From positions 124,001 through 188,000 of the forward strand of contig OZ237766.1 in the NCBI GenBank assembly GCA_965178125.1: a stretch of 64,000 nt of DNA, given 5' to 3'. A program made the position numbers and the translations under genes. Shown here one piece after another: positions 1-12,788 of the stretch (position 1 is the first letter of the stretch; every line of letters begins with the position of its first letter). Origin of the DNA: Bilabrum cf. latius (taxonomy: Eukaryota). The notes under the pieces were generated by a model, which saw only the letters and a list, made by a program, of their open reading frames with translations, searched no databases and had not been told where the DNA came from.

Positions 1-666
1 ACCAAGGAGACCGTGGGCGGCGGGCTGGCGCTCATTGATTTCGAGCAGCTCAGGATCGAGAACGCCACGGCGCACGAGAAGATCGAAGACAGGCAGGACG
101 AGCTGAGGCGGCTGAGGGCCAAGACAACCGCCACTGTGCAGGTGCTGACCCACGTGAAAGAGAAGCTACAGTTCGTGCAGAGAGAGACAACCAAGTACAA
201 GGAGGAAGCGAGGAAAGCGGAGCTGGCCGTGGGCGAGCAGAGGGCGCGGCTGGCGCGCGGCAAGCGGGTCCGTGAGCGGTCCAAGGCCGACAACGAGAAG
301 CGAGCCATCGCCAGAGGTTTCGCACACGAGGATGCGCTGGCAGTTGATTTCGAAAAGAGGCGCGTGAAGGGCCTCGAGCTGAGCCGGGAGGTGGAGAGCA
401 TGAAGGGGAGGTATGAGCAGCTGCGGCTGCAGGCGAGGCGAGCCAATGCAGAGGCCGAGACCGTGGTTAGAACGGCCCAGGCAGGGCTTATGGCGCTGCC
501 TGGGCTGGATAATGACATGTCCATGTCCATGGGAGGTGGAGGCAACTCCATGGTGGGTGGCATGGCGGAAGCGAGCCTCGCTGGCTCGCTGACTTCGACC
601 GGTGGAGGCAGGCGACCAGGGGGCTCTTCGCTCGCCCGCGCCGGGTCTAGAGCGCTCGCGCATTAA
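1..666 (+). CDS. CCDC96: CCDC96/CFAP184-like flagellar coiled-coil protein (3' part, truncated by window edge)
   Basis: LIDFEQLRIEN...EKIEDRQDELRRLRAKTTATVQVLTHVKEKLQF resembles the DUF4201 region of CCDC96. Ends at TAA 664-666, after which GC content drops. Confidence 0.8.
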   Translation, partial: TKETVGGGLALIDFEQLRIENATAHEKIEDRQDELRRLRAKTTATVQVLTHVKEKLQFVQRETTKYKEEARKAELAVGEQRARLARGKRVRERSKADNEKRAIARGFAHEDALAVDFEKRRVKGLELSREVESMKGRYEQLRLQARRANAEAETVVRTAQAGLMALPGLDNDMSMSMGGGGNSMVGGMAEASLAGSLTSTGGGRRPGGSSLARAGSRALAH

Positions 667-889
667 AGACGACTCTTTGTAGGCTTGCGCTTACAGCTAT
701 GGCTGGATCAGGGTCCAGTAGTGCAAGTGCTTGTCTATCGGAATTGCGATCCGCTACCCATCAGAGCTCGACTGGTAGTCTAGAGCATATGGCATTTCAC
801 ATAATCCGGATAAAGTGCACCAAAACTGCCCAGAATGTAGAGTCTGAACGCGCTCCTCGCCAAAGTATTCTATCGCAAAAAACGTACAA

Positions 890-1783
890 TCACTCGCCGA
901 CCTTTGTCTCCTTGCCCTCGGCTCCCTTGGCCCACTCGAAGTGGAAGCTCCCCTCATCGTCCTTGCGGCGGTAGGAATGCGCACCGAAGAAATCCCGCTG
1001 CGCCTGCGTGAGCGAGGCCGGCAGAGACTGGCGGCGGTACGCGTCGAAGTACATGAGCGACGCGGCAAAGGCGGGCGCAGGCAGCCCGCAGCCCGCGCAC
1101 AGGGTCACGACCCTCCTCCAGGCAGTCTGCCTCTCCACCACCTCCTTGGCGAACTCGGCGTCCACGAGAAGGTTCGCTAGGTCGGGGTTTCTGTCGTACG
1201 CCGCCTTGATGCGGTCCAGGAAAACGGCCCTGATGATGCACCCTCCCTTCCAGATGCGGGCGCACTCCCCCAGCTGCACGGACCACTTGTTGGCCTTGGC
1301 CGCCGACTTGATGATGTTCATGCCCTGTGCGTAGGAGCAGATCTTGGCGGCGTACAGAGCCGACCTCACGTCCTCGACCAGCTGCTTCTTGTCCACGGCG
1401 GGCATGTCCACGGGCCCGGTCAGGAGCTTGCTCGCCTCCTCCCTCTCCTCCTTCACACCGGAGATGTACCGCGCGTCCAGGGCAGCCGTGATCGTGCTCG
1501 CTGCCACGGACTGCTCCGCTGCCTCCTGCACGGTCCACCTGCCCGTGCCCTTCATGCCGGTCTTGTCCAGCACCTTGTCGACCAGGTGGCCGGTGGAGGA
1601 GGAGGCACCTGCCGCCCCCCCCTCTGCGGCCCCCCGGGGATCCTTGCATCTGAAGATCTGCGCGGTGATCTCGATCAAAAAGCTCTCCAGCTCCCCCTTG
1701 TTCCACTCTTCAAACACCTCCGCGATCTCGTCGTTGGACAGCCCCCCCACCGTCCTGAGCACATCGTACGCTTCCGCGATCAG

Positions 1784-1819
<36 letters not shown>

Positions 1820-2705
1820 CTTCACGTAGTTGCCCGCGCCGAGCTCACCCACCCATGTCACGCACGGCCCGTCATCCACCTGCGCGGCGATCTTGGTCAG
1901 GATAGGCTCCAGGGCGTCGTACGCCTCCCTGGGCCCGCCAGGCATCAGGGAGGGTCCGTACCTTGCCCCGTCCTCGCCCCCGGACACGCCCATGCCCACG
2001 AAGTTGATGCCCACCTTCGCGAGTTCCTCTCCCCTCCTGAGGGAATGGGGGTACCACTCGTTGCCTCCGTCGATGATGATGTCTCCCTCCTCCATGTGCT
2101 CCTTGAGCAGCGCAATCGTCTTGTCCACGGGGTCGCCCGCCTTGACCAGGATGATGACCCGGCGGGGCTTCTGCAGGGACTTGACGAACTCTCCAACGTC
2201 CTTGTAGCCCACCAGAGGCAGGTCTCCCTCGGCTTTGGCTCGCTCCACGGTCGTGTCCACCTGAGGTTGAGCGAGCGAGGTGGGAAGGGGGAGGCACGGG
2301 ATGATCAAGACACGCCAACAAAAAGAACAAACGTACAAAGACGGAGAGTGCAAGCCTTCAGAGGGAATAGCTACGACACGCCAGCCAGGATCGGCCGCAT
2401 CTTGTCGTCTGGATCGGCACCGTCACACAGAGGCAGTGGTGCAGCTGAAAGCTCGCATGCCCAGCAGGACATTCTATAATCTCGAAACTTATTCTTCGGT
2501 CAATGACGGCAGCACGAGCAGCAATCTCAACTTCTGGGCAACTTCCGGTCGCGCGAACAGTGGGGGATCTCACCTTTGCCGGAGACCGGTTACAAACCGC
2601 GATGGAGAATCCCTTATCAGCAATGTTCAGCGCCAAGTTCTACCCCATGACTGCAAGACCATAAAGTCCAATTACCGGTTGCTTAGCATCGCCTGCAGCT
2701 GCCAT
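890..2705 (-). CDS. PGD: 6-phosphogluconate dehydrogenase, decarboxylating (2 exons: 2705-2574, 2260-890)
   Basis: Exon 1 reads IGLYGLAVMG*NLALNIADKGFSIAVCNRS with in-frame TAG at 2640-2642. GT-AG intron 2573-2261. Exon 2 has DGGNEWY, GMGVSGGEDGARYGPSLMPGG, YVKMVHNGIEYGDMQLIAE and QAQRDFFGAH. Stop is TGA. Confidence 0.97.
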
Positions 2706-2858
2706 ATTTTGGCGGGGATCTACGAAAAAGTGGTTGGGACGTCGACGCGCACCTCCGGAAGCCGGTTGCAACCATAATTCCGGATGGTATTTGTAAGGTG
2801 ACAAATAAAGATTGATTTTCTACCGTTGGCCTGGGATCTCGTAGAATATCACACCAAC

Positions 2859-5800
2859 ATGGGCAGACGCAGCGCCTGTAGAACCAATTCAGTCACTCGG
2901 ACAAGAAGGCAGAGGATCCGGGCTCGCCGAATGGCCCGTGGTTTCGGAGCCGCAGCAGAGAAGAAGACTCTGTTTCTATCCGATGATGGGGAGGAAACCG
3001 GCAAAACAGCCGATGCAGACATCACTACAGAACAAAGAGCTGTGTTTTCACCTGTAGCAATGCTGAATGATGAGTCAGATAAGACAGGTGTTGCTTCACC
3101 ACCCCGTGAACGCGCCACGAGCTTCACCTCATGCGCTGGTTCGTTTGCGAGAGGAACGACAATGTGAGCATTCGGTGCCCAATATTGGGAGCACTGCGTG
3201 GTTTTTTTGTAGAATAGCGATTGTCGGGCCCTGCAAGCCACCGTTGCCGCTTAAGGCAGCCTTTGGAATGCAGTTCTGGATTGATACAATCGGCTTGACA
3301 TGCACCGGTATTGCACCCAGTCTACCGCGAAAGCAACATGATGATCGTCCGCACCGTTTCTCCGCAACTCACCACAACCTCGCAGGTTTGCCGCTAGAGC
3401 TGGTGCCCTGGCCTGGGGCATATCCCGGGCCGCGGCCGTGGGCGCAGGCTCGGCGGCATGGCACGGTGCCCTGGCCCTGGGGTCGCAGGGTGTTGCCGTG
3501 CTGACCGCCGCTGCTTCGGGGGCGGCTGCAACCAGCGGACAGGGAGTTGCCGGGGATGGCCTTGCAGGTCCTGATCCTGCCACCTCGCTGCAGCCTGTAG
3601 CAGGTGCTGGTGCTCGTGCTGGTGCTGGAATCGGGTTTGGCAGCGATGCAGGGTCTGTCGCGAGTGGAGTCACGCTCGTCGGTAGAATGGCCGCATCGTC
3701 ATCATCCATGCCGTCTTCGAGCCTGCCTTCATCTTCTTCAACTTCGCTGCGGGCGGTTACTGCCCTCGCCCGCCGCACCGATTCACTGGAAGCCGCGGTG
3801 CGAGAGCTGCTGGGCGCATTCAGGGAACAGGGCAAGGCCCTGCGGCAGCTGCTGCGGGCGCAAGAATCGGCGGAGGCGTCTGGTGCCGATCGCAATGTGA
3901 AGAGTGATGCCATCGAGCAGGCTCGGTACAGCATGATGGAGGCGGAGACGGACCTGGCCAGGGCTGTAGCAGCGTCTGCCAGCAAGGGGAAGGGGGGGAG
4001 CAGGGGGATGGGGAGAAGGCTCGCAGGTGCCATGGAGCGCGTGCGTGAAGCTGCCATGGGTCGGGAGCAGAGCAGGGAGTAGGAAGATGATGTCGCCGAT
4101 GATGTCGCTGGTGTTGGCGATACAGAGGAGTGCGAAGGGGAGGGGTGGGCAGTCGCGGGCAACTCCCGAGTGGATGGGCCCCGCGTGCGCTTCTCATTCG
4201 CTGGAGATGAAGAAGAAGAGGAGGAGGAGGAGGAGGAGGAGGAGGAGGAAGAGGGCGGTGATAAGGACAGGCCGGCAGAGGAAGGGAAAGGGGAAGTCGA
4301 GAATGCAAGTGGCCGGGACCAGCAGCCATAGGGATTGGTGCCATGCTAGCCTGCTGAACCCGAGGCTGCTGCTGCTGCTGCTAGATTCCGCAAGATGCTG
4401 GCAATGGGCATCCCACGGTGGCAGGTGGAGAGCAAGATGCGGCTCCAGGGGCTGGACCCGTCGTGCCTCGACCTCGACGGAAGCCAAGGTACCAGCACCA
4501 GCACCACAACGGCAACAGCTGCCGGTAGTAGCAATGACGATAGTGTTGATGCAGCGCGGGATCTACCGGCCAAGGCTGCCTCCCAGGGTGCCCCCTCTCT
4601 CCCCCCGGGGAGGAGGGGACCCCCCAGGAGGGGACTGCCTGCCAATCGGGTGCATGGACCCCAGAAAAAGCCGGGTAGAGCACCGCCACCCAAGTGCGCG
4701 GTGGGGGGCCCGTCTGTTTCCTCAGCCTCAGCTGCGGCATCATCATCATCATCTTCATCGTCGGGAGGCGGAGGAGGCATGGGTTCCTTGCTTGCGCAGA
4801 TCAAGGCAGCGGGCGCCAAGCGGAACCTCAAGAAGCGCGGCGCCAAGCAATCGTCGTCGAAGAAGGAAGGCAAGGCCAAGGACAAGGCCAAGGCCACCTC
4901 CGGAGGGGGCACGCTAATGGCGTAGGTGGCTGCGGCTGCTCTGAAGCGGCAGCAGAGGATCAGCAGGAGGCAACAGAAGAAGGAGAGCAAGCCACACGGA
5001 AACAATGCCGAGCGTGACGGTGATGAGGGCGAGGGCGAGGACGAGGACACCCCCCGCACTAGGAGGCAGAAACGACTGCGGGCATCGAGGGGAGGCGGCA
5101 ATGCCAGCGGGAGGTTCCCTTCCTCCTCCTCCTCCTCCTCCTCGGGCCGGTCGTTCAAATCAAAGTCCAGATCCGGCTCAGGGTCCGACCTTGGCCCCCC
5201 CGTGTTCTCTCCATCGATGAAGGATCGTATCTTAGGCACTGCCCTGGGCCAGCGCATGGTGCTGCAGCAGGAGGTGGCACGGCAGGCCAAGGGGATCGGG
5301 GCCAGCAGGCGAGGGGCGGGCGCGGGCATGGGGCTGGAGGGCGCGGACTCGCCTTCGAGCGTCTGGAGCGCATCCACGGACAACACTGACACTCGTCACA
5401 CCGGTGCCGTGATGCGCAATTACGCCGACATGGCGGTGGCGGAGCAGCGCCGGAGGATGGGGCAGGGGCTGCCGGGCGGGCTGGGGTCTCCGTTGGGCCG
5501 CGGGGCCGATGGTGTGACGGGTTCTGCTGCTGCTAGGAGCGGAGCGGAGCATGGGGATGCGTTGGGTGATGACTGTACCGTGGCTAGTGTGACGAGTGCG
5601 GTAGGCAGCCCCGCATCCGTGCGAGGCCACTCCCCAGGCCGCATGGGGGCGGAGGCGTACAACAACAAGAAGACGAAGCAAGTGGAGGAGGAGGAGGAGG
5701 AGAAGGGAATGGGCGAGTCTTCGTCTTCGTCTTCATCTTCATCCTCTTCCTCGTCCTCCTCTAGTCTGCGGGCGAGGCTGGCCAAGCTCTAGCAATCAGC

Positions 5801-6647
5801 GGCGGTGCAGCCACCCAAGACTCGGAGCAGGAGCAGCTCAAGGAACAAGAGCAGAGGCGCAGCGGGGATTGCGTGCCAAGACAAGGCCCATGCCAAGCAG
5901 CACACACAGGCTCAGGTTCAGGGGCAGTCGCAGAAAAAAACCGCCCGCCGCGGTGTCGTTCCTAGGGACGTGGGCGACTCGGACTCGGAGCCGGAAGGTA
6001 TTTCCGATTCCGAGTTCGTGCCCATGGATGCCTCGGGCACATTCAAAAACGCAGGGGGGCTCGCCGGTACCAGCCAAGGTTCCTTTGCGCGGCGGCGACG
6101 GGGCACGAAGCGCATGTCGCCAGACACTGCAGCAGCAGCAGCGGGCAAGGGAGGGGATCAGGATGGGAAGCAACCTGCGGGCAAGGGAGACGTCCTCGCA
6201 CGGCTCACTCGTCACACTATCAGCTCCTCTCGAAAGCGCAGGAGAACAGAGTCCAAGACCGGTGGAGCAACGGCGCCGCGCACGCCAGGTTCCGCAGTCA
6301 ACAAGCAGTCCTCGGCTGGCTCGGCCATGACCAAGGGGAAGAGCACAGGCAAGAGGAACAGAGGCAAGGGCAGTGGCAGGGCTGGTGGCTTGCTTCACTT
6401 GTCCTCACCTATCGGCAGCCGAGCGCTGCTTCGGAGTATCCCCAAGAGCAGCACGGGGTCTCCCCTGAGGGAGCTAAGGGGGGATGCTGTGGGGGTGACC
6501 CCGCAAGGGGGGGGCAAGGGTGTCCCCCGACTCTCTCTCCTCTCTGGACAGGGATCAGGATCAGCTGGTGCGGCTGGGCTGAGGCGAAGGGCAGGGGTTA
6601 AGGCAGGGGCGGGGGGAACGGGGCAGGTGGCTGGAGCGGAGGACTGA
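2859..6647 (+). CDS. Large low-complexity protein with a CCDC53/WASHC3-like helical motif and WH2-like motifs (putative actin regulator)
   Basis: ATG 2859. Intron 3164-3385 restores the frame. One frame continues through TAGs at 4080, 4329, 4347, 4923 and 5790 to TGA 6645-6647. Motifs: RFRKMLAMGIPRWQVESKMRLQGLDPSCLD, SLLAQIKAAGAKRNLKK and TLMA*VAAAALKR. Confidence 0.65.
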
Positions 6648-6770
6648 TGTACTTATCCGATGGACTGGCAGACCGATTTCTTGCTTGCTGTAGGTCCGTT
6701 CTGGAGTATCACATTCACCACTACGACGGCCATCGGCCAACCGGTGCTTTCAGAGTCTGCCATGGCTCAG

Positions 6771-7236
6771 TCACGGATGCCAGCTGTCTGCAATCACCAT
6801 AGGCATGAGGTTTGGGTGCAGTGCTAGCCTATCCACGAAAGGCTGCGAGCCCTTGGTGCCTTCGCTGTCCTGAATAGCAACTCCACTGCTCTCTCTTGCA
6901 ACTTCAAGGTCCGTTTGAGCACCTCGCAAGGCATCGCATGCGGCCTGCATTGGACCCACCTACTGTTTACCATGCACTGAATTGCGATGCACTTCGCACG
7001 CCTCCGCCCAGGCCCCCCACGGGCTGTCTTCTTGCCCCCACATGATCGGCTGGGCGTGGTCCTGAAGCGCGAACCGCTGGGATTGCAGCGCCGTCTTCAG
7101 GGCCCTCCTGCCTGCCCACAGAGAGGACGGCGATTGCCTTTGCCCCTGTGCACGCCGATTGGCTTGGGGCAGGCCAAGAGGGATGGACAGGGGCATTTCC
7201 AGCGTGCTGTTCCTCGCATGCTGCCCAAATCTGCCG

Positions 7237-7297
<61 letters not shown>

Positions 7298-10070
7298 ATC
7301 GGGGCAGCAAAGTGGCCACGCCTCTGGGCACAGTGCTCGCAAGGCTGATCCACCCATGGATCGGCTACCCATCTTGGCCGAGCACCGGTGTCTCGTCCTT
7401 GTCCTCCTCCTCGCCGACGAAAGCCCGAGACACCCTGTCAAACTCTACGGGCATGCTGCAGCACGCCACTGCAGCCCGCCTCGCCGCCCTCGACTCGCGA
7501 TGGCCTAGAGCATCGACTGCACGCAGCACGCCAACAGGCGAGAACGGCGGTGATTCCAGCTGCAGGCTCAGTAGCGATCGAGTGATCCTCCGGGCCAGCT
7601 CGCCGGGGTCACCACCGGCACTGGTAGATTCAGCCGCCGCCGCAGAGACCACAGAGGCCATTACCCCCTCCGATGAGGTTACCCCGCAGGTGCACTCCTC
7701 TAACAGCGAGCGCCTGACAGTGTCACCCTCCTAGCCCTTACCGGCGATGAAAGACGCTTCGTGATCCGTACCCTGTGCCGCGACTTCAGCTGCGCCGTTC
7801 TCAGAGTTAGCCCGCACAGCGGCGTTGACCATGGCGAGGGCAGCGGCCAGCTGCCGGTAGGGACCAGCCAGAGCCTGGTGCGATGTCCTGAACTATATGG
7901 TGCCACTCGTGCCGGGGGGAGAGAGGGGCATGCCTGCTGCAGGGGGGATGTCGCTTGCAGCTGCGTCCTGCACGCAGGCCCGCATCGTCCACGCCGGGAG
8001 AACAATCTCCGCGATGCTTCGGCTCGCCAGGTAGGTCTCCATGAAGATGTTCTTGACTCTCTCCGTCTGCTGGCCCGCCTGCTTTGCCTCCACGGATAGG
8101 GGCCAGAACGGACCTGGCTCTCTCCCTAGGCCCGGGGCCAGGTCCAGTGCGAGCTGGGTCGAGTTCCAGCCCAGTCCCCTCATGGCATGCTCCCCTGCCG
8201 CCGAAGAGAACCATGACACTCGATTGGCGTGCACGTTCGGCAGCTGAGTGGTCACCACAGCGCACTGCTGGTGCAGGGAACACAGCTGAGAGGCCGCCCC
8301 GATGACCCCAAGACCCTGTTCCCCCGTTGGCTGCAGCTCGCCCGTCTCCATCAGAGCCTGCACGTGGCCTGCGCAAAGCCTCTCCTGCCCCTTACCGCAG
8401 CGGAGGTGCAGGCTAGGCAGCCCGTCGTGCAGCATCACCCGGCCCCCCATGAGCAGCTCGTTGGGCTTCGGGCCGTCCCTCCCACCATCACCATCCGCCG
8501 CCCCGCCCGCCACGACCGTTCTCCTGTCCACCGTGGGCATCCACGCAGCCATGTCTGCGTAGGCCCCCGCCTTGGAGTGGTCCCCGTCGATGAACAGAAG
8601 ATCCACTGTTCCCCGGGGAACAAACGAGGCCGCCTGCACCGAGTGCATCCTCAGCGTGTACGCCTGGTGACCCGCACCTGAAGCCCCGACCATGCGCGCG
8701 AACAGGCCCATGGATGTACCAGCCCTGGACTCTGACATGTACCACTTGAGCAAGGGATCCGATGTGGCTTCCTCCATCCTCGAGGCCTCGTCCGCGCCCT
8801 CGCCCTCGCCCTCGTTCTCGCCTGCCGAGTCTGTTTCCATCCAGAGGTCAACGGATACAACCCGTGCTGCCCAGTTGCCCCTGCGCCGCAGTGCAATGAG
8901 CATGGTCATCGTGCTCATGCCGTGGAAGCTCCCGATCTCGGCGATGACCCCAGCAGGGGGCAGCAGACGGGCCCGCTGGGCGAGGCTCGCCATGTCGCCC
9001 CTCCCAATGGCCGACTTGGCAGAGCTCTGCAGACCAGTGTGCCGCACTCGGGCATCTGACACCGCGTCTAGGAGGTGGCCCATGTCCCGGGTCACGGCCG
9101 AGTTGCCCTTGCCCTTGCACCTGTCCTCTCCCACCGCCTCCGAGACTGGCACCCTCAGCCGAGCCTGCAGGTCAGCCTGGGATGGCCCAGTCTTGGGGAC
9201 ACCGGTGTGCTCCCACTGGGCACACCCCGCACCGGGGGTCCGCTCCGACGTGAACATCGATTCGGAATCGATTGACCCACGCCCGTTCCCTGCTGCAGAG
9301 GACTGGCCATTCTGCACCCCAGGCCAGCTGCCCTCGGGGCTGGCGCCAGCACCGCCCTATGGCATGCCGGGCATGTACCTTGTGGCGTGGTGCATGGCAC
9401 ATGCATCTGCCCCCGCCCGATCCTGGGCTCCCGCGATGCACTCCGCTGCCAGCGCAGCCCGCCGCAGGTCCACCCACGTGGGTCGCGCAACGGGGAGGCC
9501 CGAGCCCATCTGCATGCCCCCGCCCAGGCCGTCATCCGAGGGAGGGAAGGGGAGCAGCATGTCGTTCCAGAACTGGCGTACTTCATTTGTACTGCCGTAT
9601 AGCTCGCGGGTGGCGCCTTGTCTGTACGCGGCTGGCGCGGCAAGACCGTCGATTGCACGCGATGTGCCCGCAGCTCGGGTCTTTCCAGGAGGGTTGCGTT
9701 CGGAAGGCTCTGGTCGATCACGGAGGCTGGCCTCCAATAAATTCGAGGTCAAGTCGTCCCAAGCAAGATACTTTCCTGTCGCAGGATCGTAGCATGGATC
9801 CTCGCTATGCGGTTGGACCATCAGCCTGTACGGGACACCGAAAAGCTAGCCTAACCGGCGTTGTCTGCCAGGCGCCGGTGTCTATGGAGAACTTGTATTT
9901 GTCATATCGTGGAGTTGCTGTCGAACAAGGGCAGAAATCACGTCGACGACGCAGGCAAATTGCCCATACTCGGGCCGCTCAGGTGCTGCCAGCTTGTGGA
10001 TGCCTGCCTGCACACATTGTACCAATATTGTGGAAGCGCAAAGAGCATATAGGAGCATGTGATGGCACAT
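6771..10070 (-). CDS. Class I SAM-dependent methyltransferase (Methyltransf_24-like) domain protein with N-terminal signal/hydrophobic segment, about 1100 aa
   Basis: Six listed ORFs share one frame and are joined by TAGs at 9882, 9846, 9357, 7893, 7731, 7365 and 6960. Ends at TGA 6771. Motifs: IAEIGSFHGMST, VVSVDLW, DLLFIDGDHSKAGAYADM, GGRVMLHDG. Confidence 0.7.
7238..7297. repeat. (TGC)20 microsatellite, poly-Ser in the methyltransferase frame
   Basis: Perfect trinucleotide run seen directly. Confidence 0.95.
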
Positions 10071-10594
10071 GTGTTGTCCTTCCTAGATATCGCGGCCAAT
10101 GTTTACCTGGCAACGACACGAGTGGCTGAGCGTTCACCGGCCAAGCCTGTTGCTATTCCGGGTTTTAGTCGAGCACGATCGCAGAGATGCGACCAAAACT
10201 GATACGACCAGATCGCCACGAGACTGGCAGTCGACCCGAATACTTAATGTAAGAATGAATCGTTGAGTATTTCCAAACTACAGCTCGGCGGATTGCGCTG
10301 TAAGCAACAGCATTAGAGTTGCACGATTCAACGGTACTCACTAAAGTGAACCACCGCTATCTCAATGTCAGGTCGGTACTGCGATGTATGGCCAGCCAAC
10401 GAAACAGGGAATTCGTCTTCTCCTGCAATTAAATTGGCCCTTGCTGTGGTTTTCGATCAGCAGTAGCTCTCTTGCTATCGATTCCAGCCACCCTCATCTC
10501 CAGAGGCGGCTGAGTATAGACAGTGGCCACCTAAACCTGTTCTATTTTCACAGCATTATGTTTTATCACTATGCGCAGAGATTGTTCTTGCGCA

Positions 10595-11227
10595 ATGTCT
10601 CAGACAGCACCTGCCCCAGCTCCTGCGCCCCAGGCGGGGACCGTAAAGCAGGCCACCGCCGGTGACATTGCGGCACCCGCCACTGGAGGCGCAGCCGGCG
10701 CAGACTTTTAGTACCCACTCTGCGGGTGCTTTTCCAACCTTGAAATGTGCTGTGCCGCGTGGTGCTTCTGCGGCTGGCCTTGCCTGTACTCCCAGGTCGG
10801 CAGCAGGATGGGCTACTATCCTCTCTGGGCCGAGGACTTTTCCTCTGCCTTCATGCGCATGTGCATCCTCATCGGGGTGGGCCTGCTGGCGGCCATTCTC
10901 GCCAACATTGGATCCGCGACGGGCACGCCCGCTCTCAACGTGATTGCCCAGATCATCGATTACATCCTGGCTATCGTGCTGCTCATCAACGGCTTCCTCA
11001 TGCGCACCACCCTCCGCGAGAAGCTGGGCATGCCCTCCAGCACAGTGTGCGACTGCCTGACCGTGTGGTGCTGCAGCTGCTGCTCCTGGGTGCAGATGGG
11101 CCGCGAGGTGGACGTCAAGACGCCCTGGGGGATGTCGGAGCAGCAGGAAGGCCTGGATTCTCGGATCCAGGCCAGGGGTGGTGGGGCGGGTGCACCAGCA
11201 GCTGGTATGGGGGTGGCGGTGGTTTGA
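10595..11227 (+). CDS. PLAC8 family Cys-rich membrane protein, copy 1
   Basis: ATG 10595. DF*YPLCGCFSNLEMCCAAWCFCGWPCLY with TAG at 10709, then MRTTLREKLGMPSSTVCDCLTVWCCSCCSWVQMGRE, a PLAC8 signature. Stop is TGA. Confidence 0.85.
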
Positions 11228-12155
11228 TGAGTGTGCCATGGTGAAATTTTGGGGTCTTGGTTGGGGAGTTTGGTGAGTTTCAACTGATCTTACATTGGTG
11301 TGAAGTTGTGACCGGGAACAAAGAAGCTGAAATCCATAGTGTTTAAAACATAGTGCGGGTGCTGGTACTAGAATTGACTTCGCCCCAGCAGCACTCGATC
11401 CAGACCGGAGCATCGAGCAGCAGGCTGGTGGGGCTGCCGCTTGTCGCTTATCGCTTGTGGGACAGGCGGCCTGCAAGAGGACCAGCATGGGGGGACCCCG
11501 CGGTCGATGGTTTGCCTGGCATTCCATGATGCACCGGATGCCGTTGAAGCTGTCGGGGAGGGATCCCTCTGTCGGGATGGATTCGTCGAGGACAGGCACG
11601 CGCGGCACTTGAACACCTGGTCACTGATGTTGTAGCTAAAGTTGCTCCGATCACTGATGATCCGATCTGGCCTTGATGAGGAGTGCAGGGCAGACGAACC
11701 TAATAAATATAGCCAGTGCGGTGGATTCGAGAGTAACTCGCTCAAGCCGCCCCGGATCCCGGCGCCGAAAGTTGATACTTAATGTGAGAATAAACCATAA
11801 GGCAACACCTACCAAAGTACCGCATCTGTGCGGTGGATAGCGGTGTAAGCAACAGTACTAGAGTTGCGCGATTCAACGGTACTCGCTCCAGTGAACTACA
11901 ACTAGGCTGTATCAATGTCAGGTCGATACTGCGATGTACGTACGGGTACAGCCAATGAAACAGGAAGTTGCAGTGCCTTACTCTGCAATAACGTTGGCCC
12001 TTGCTGTGGTTTTCGATCAGCAGTAGCTCTCTTGCTATCGATTCCGGCCACCCTCATTCTCCAGAGGCGGCTGAGTATAGACAGTGGCCACCTAAACCTG
12101 TTCTATTTCAAGAACATTATGACTCATCACTATGCGCAGATATTGTTTGTGCTCA

Positions 12156-12788
12156 ATGTCTCAAACAGCACCTGCCCCAGCTCCTGCGCCCCAGGCAGAT
12201 ACCGTAAAGCCGGCCACCGTCGTTGTCATTGCGGCACCCGCCACTGGAGGCGCAGCTAGCACGGACTTTAAGTACTCCCTTTGCGGGTGCGTTTCCAACA
12301 TTGAAATGTGCTGTGCCGCGTGGTGCTTCTGCGGCTGGCCCTGCCTGTACTCCCAGGTCGGCAGCAGGATGGGCTACTATCCTATCTGGGCCGAGGACTT
12401 TTCCTCTGCCTTCATGCGCATGTGCATCCTCATCGGGGTGGGCCTGCTGGCGGCCATTCTCGCCAACATTGGAACAACGACTGGCACGCCCGCTCTTAAC
12501 CTGATCGCCCAGATCATCGATTACATCCTCGCTATCGTGCTGCTCATCAACGGCTTCCTCATGCGCACCACCCTCCGCGAGAAGCTGGGCATGCCCTCCA
12601 GCACAGTGTGCGACTGCCTGACCGTGTGGTGCTGCAGCTGCTGCTCCTGGGTGCAGATGGGCCGCGAGGTGGACGTCAAGACGCCCTGGGGGATGTCGGA
12701 GCAGCAGGAAGGCCTGGATTCTCGGATCCAGGCCAGGGGCGGAGGGGCGGGTGCACCAGCAGCCGGTAATCGGGTGGCGGCGGTGTGA
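12156..12788 (+). CDS. PLAC8 family Cys-rich membrane protein, copy 2
   Basis: Near-identical paralog of copy 1 (DFKYSLCGCVSNIEMCC...). No internal TAG. Stop is TGA. Confidence 0.88.
   Translation: MSQTAPAPAPAPQADTVKPATVVVIAAPATGGAASTDFKYSLCGCVSNIEMCCAAWCFCGWPCLYSQVGSRMGYYPIWAEDFSSAFMRMCILIGVGLLAAILANIGTTTGTPALNLIAQIIDYILAIVLLINGFLMRTTLREKLGMPSSTVCDCLTVWCCSCCSWVQMGREVDVKTPWGMSEQQEGLDSRIQARGGGAGAPAAGNRVAAV

Noticed and set aside
664-666. TAA also read as Gln (ciliate-type code 6)
   Set aside because: No internal TAA was found against about 75 TAGs, and both TAAs (664, 38855) sit where coding-like composition ends. Only two examples exist, so a genome-wide check is still needed.
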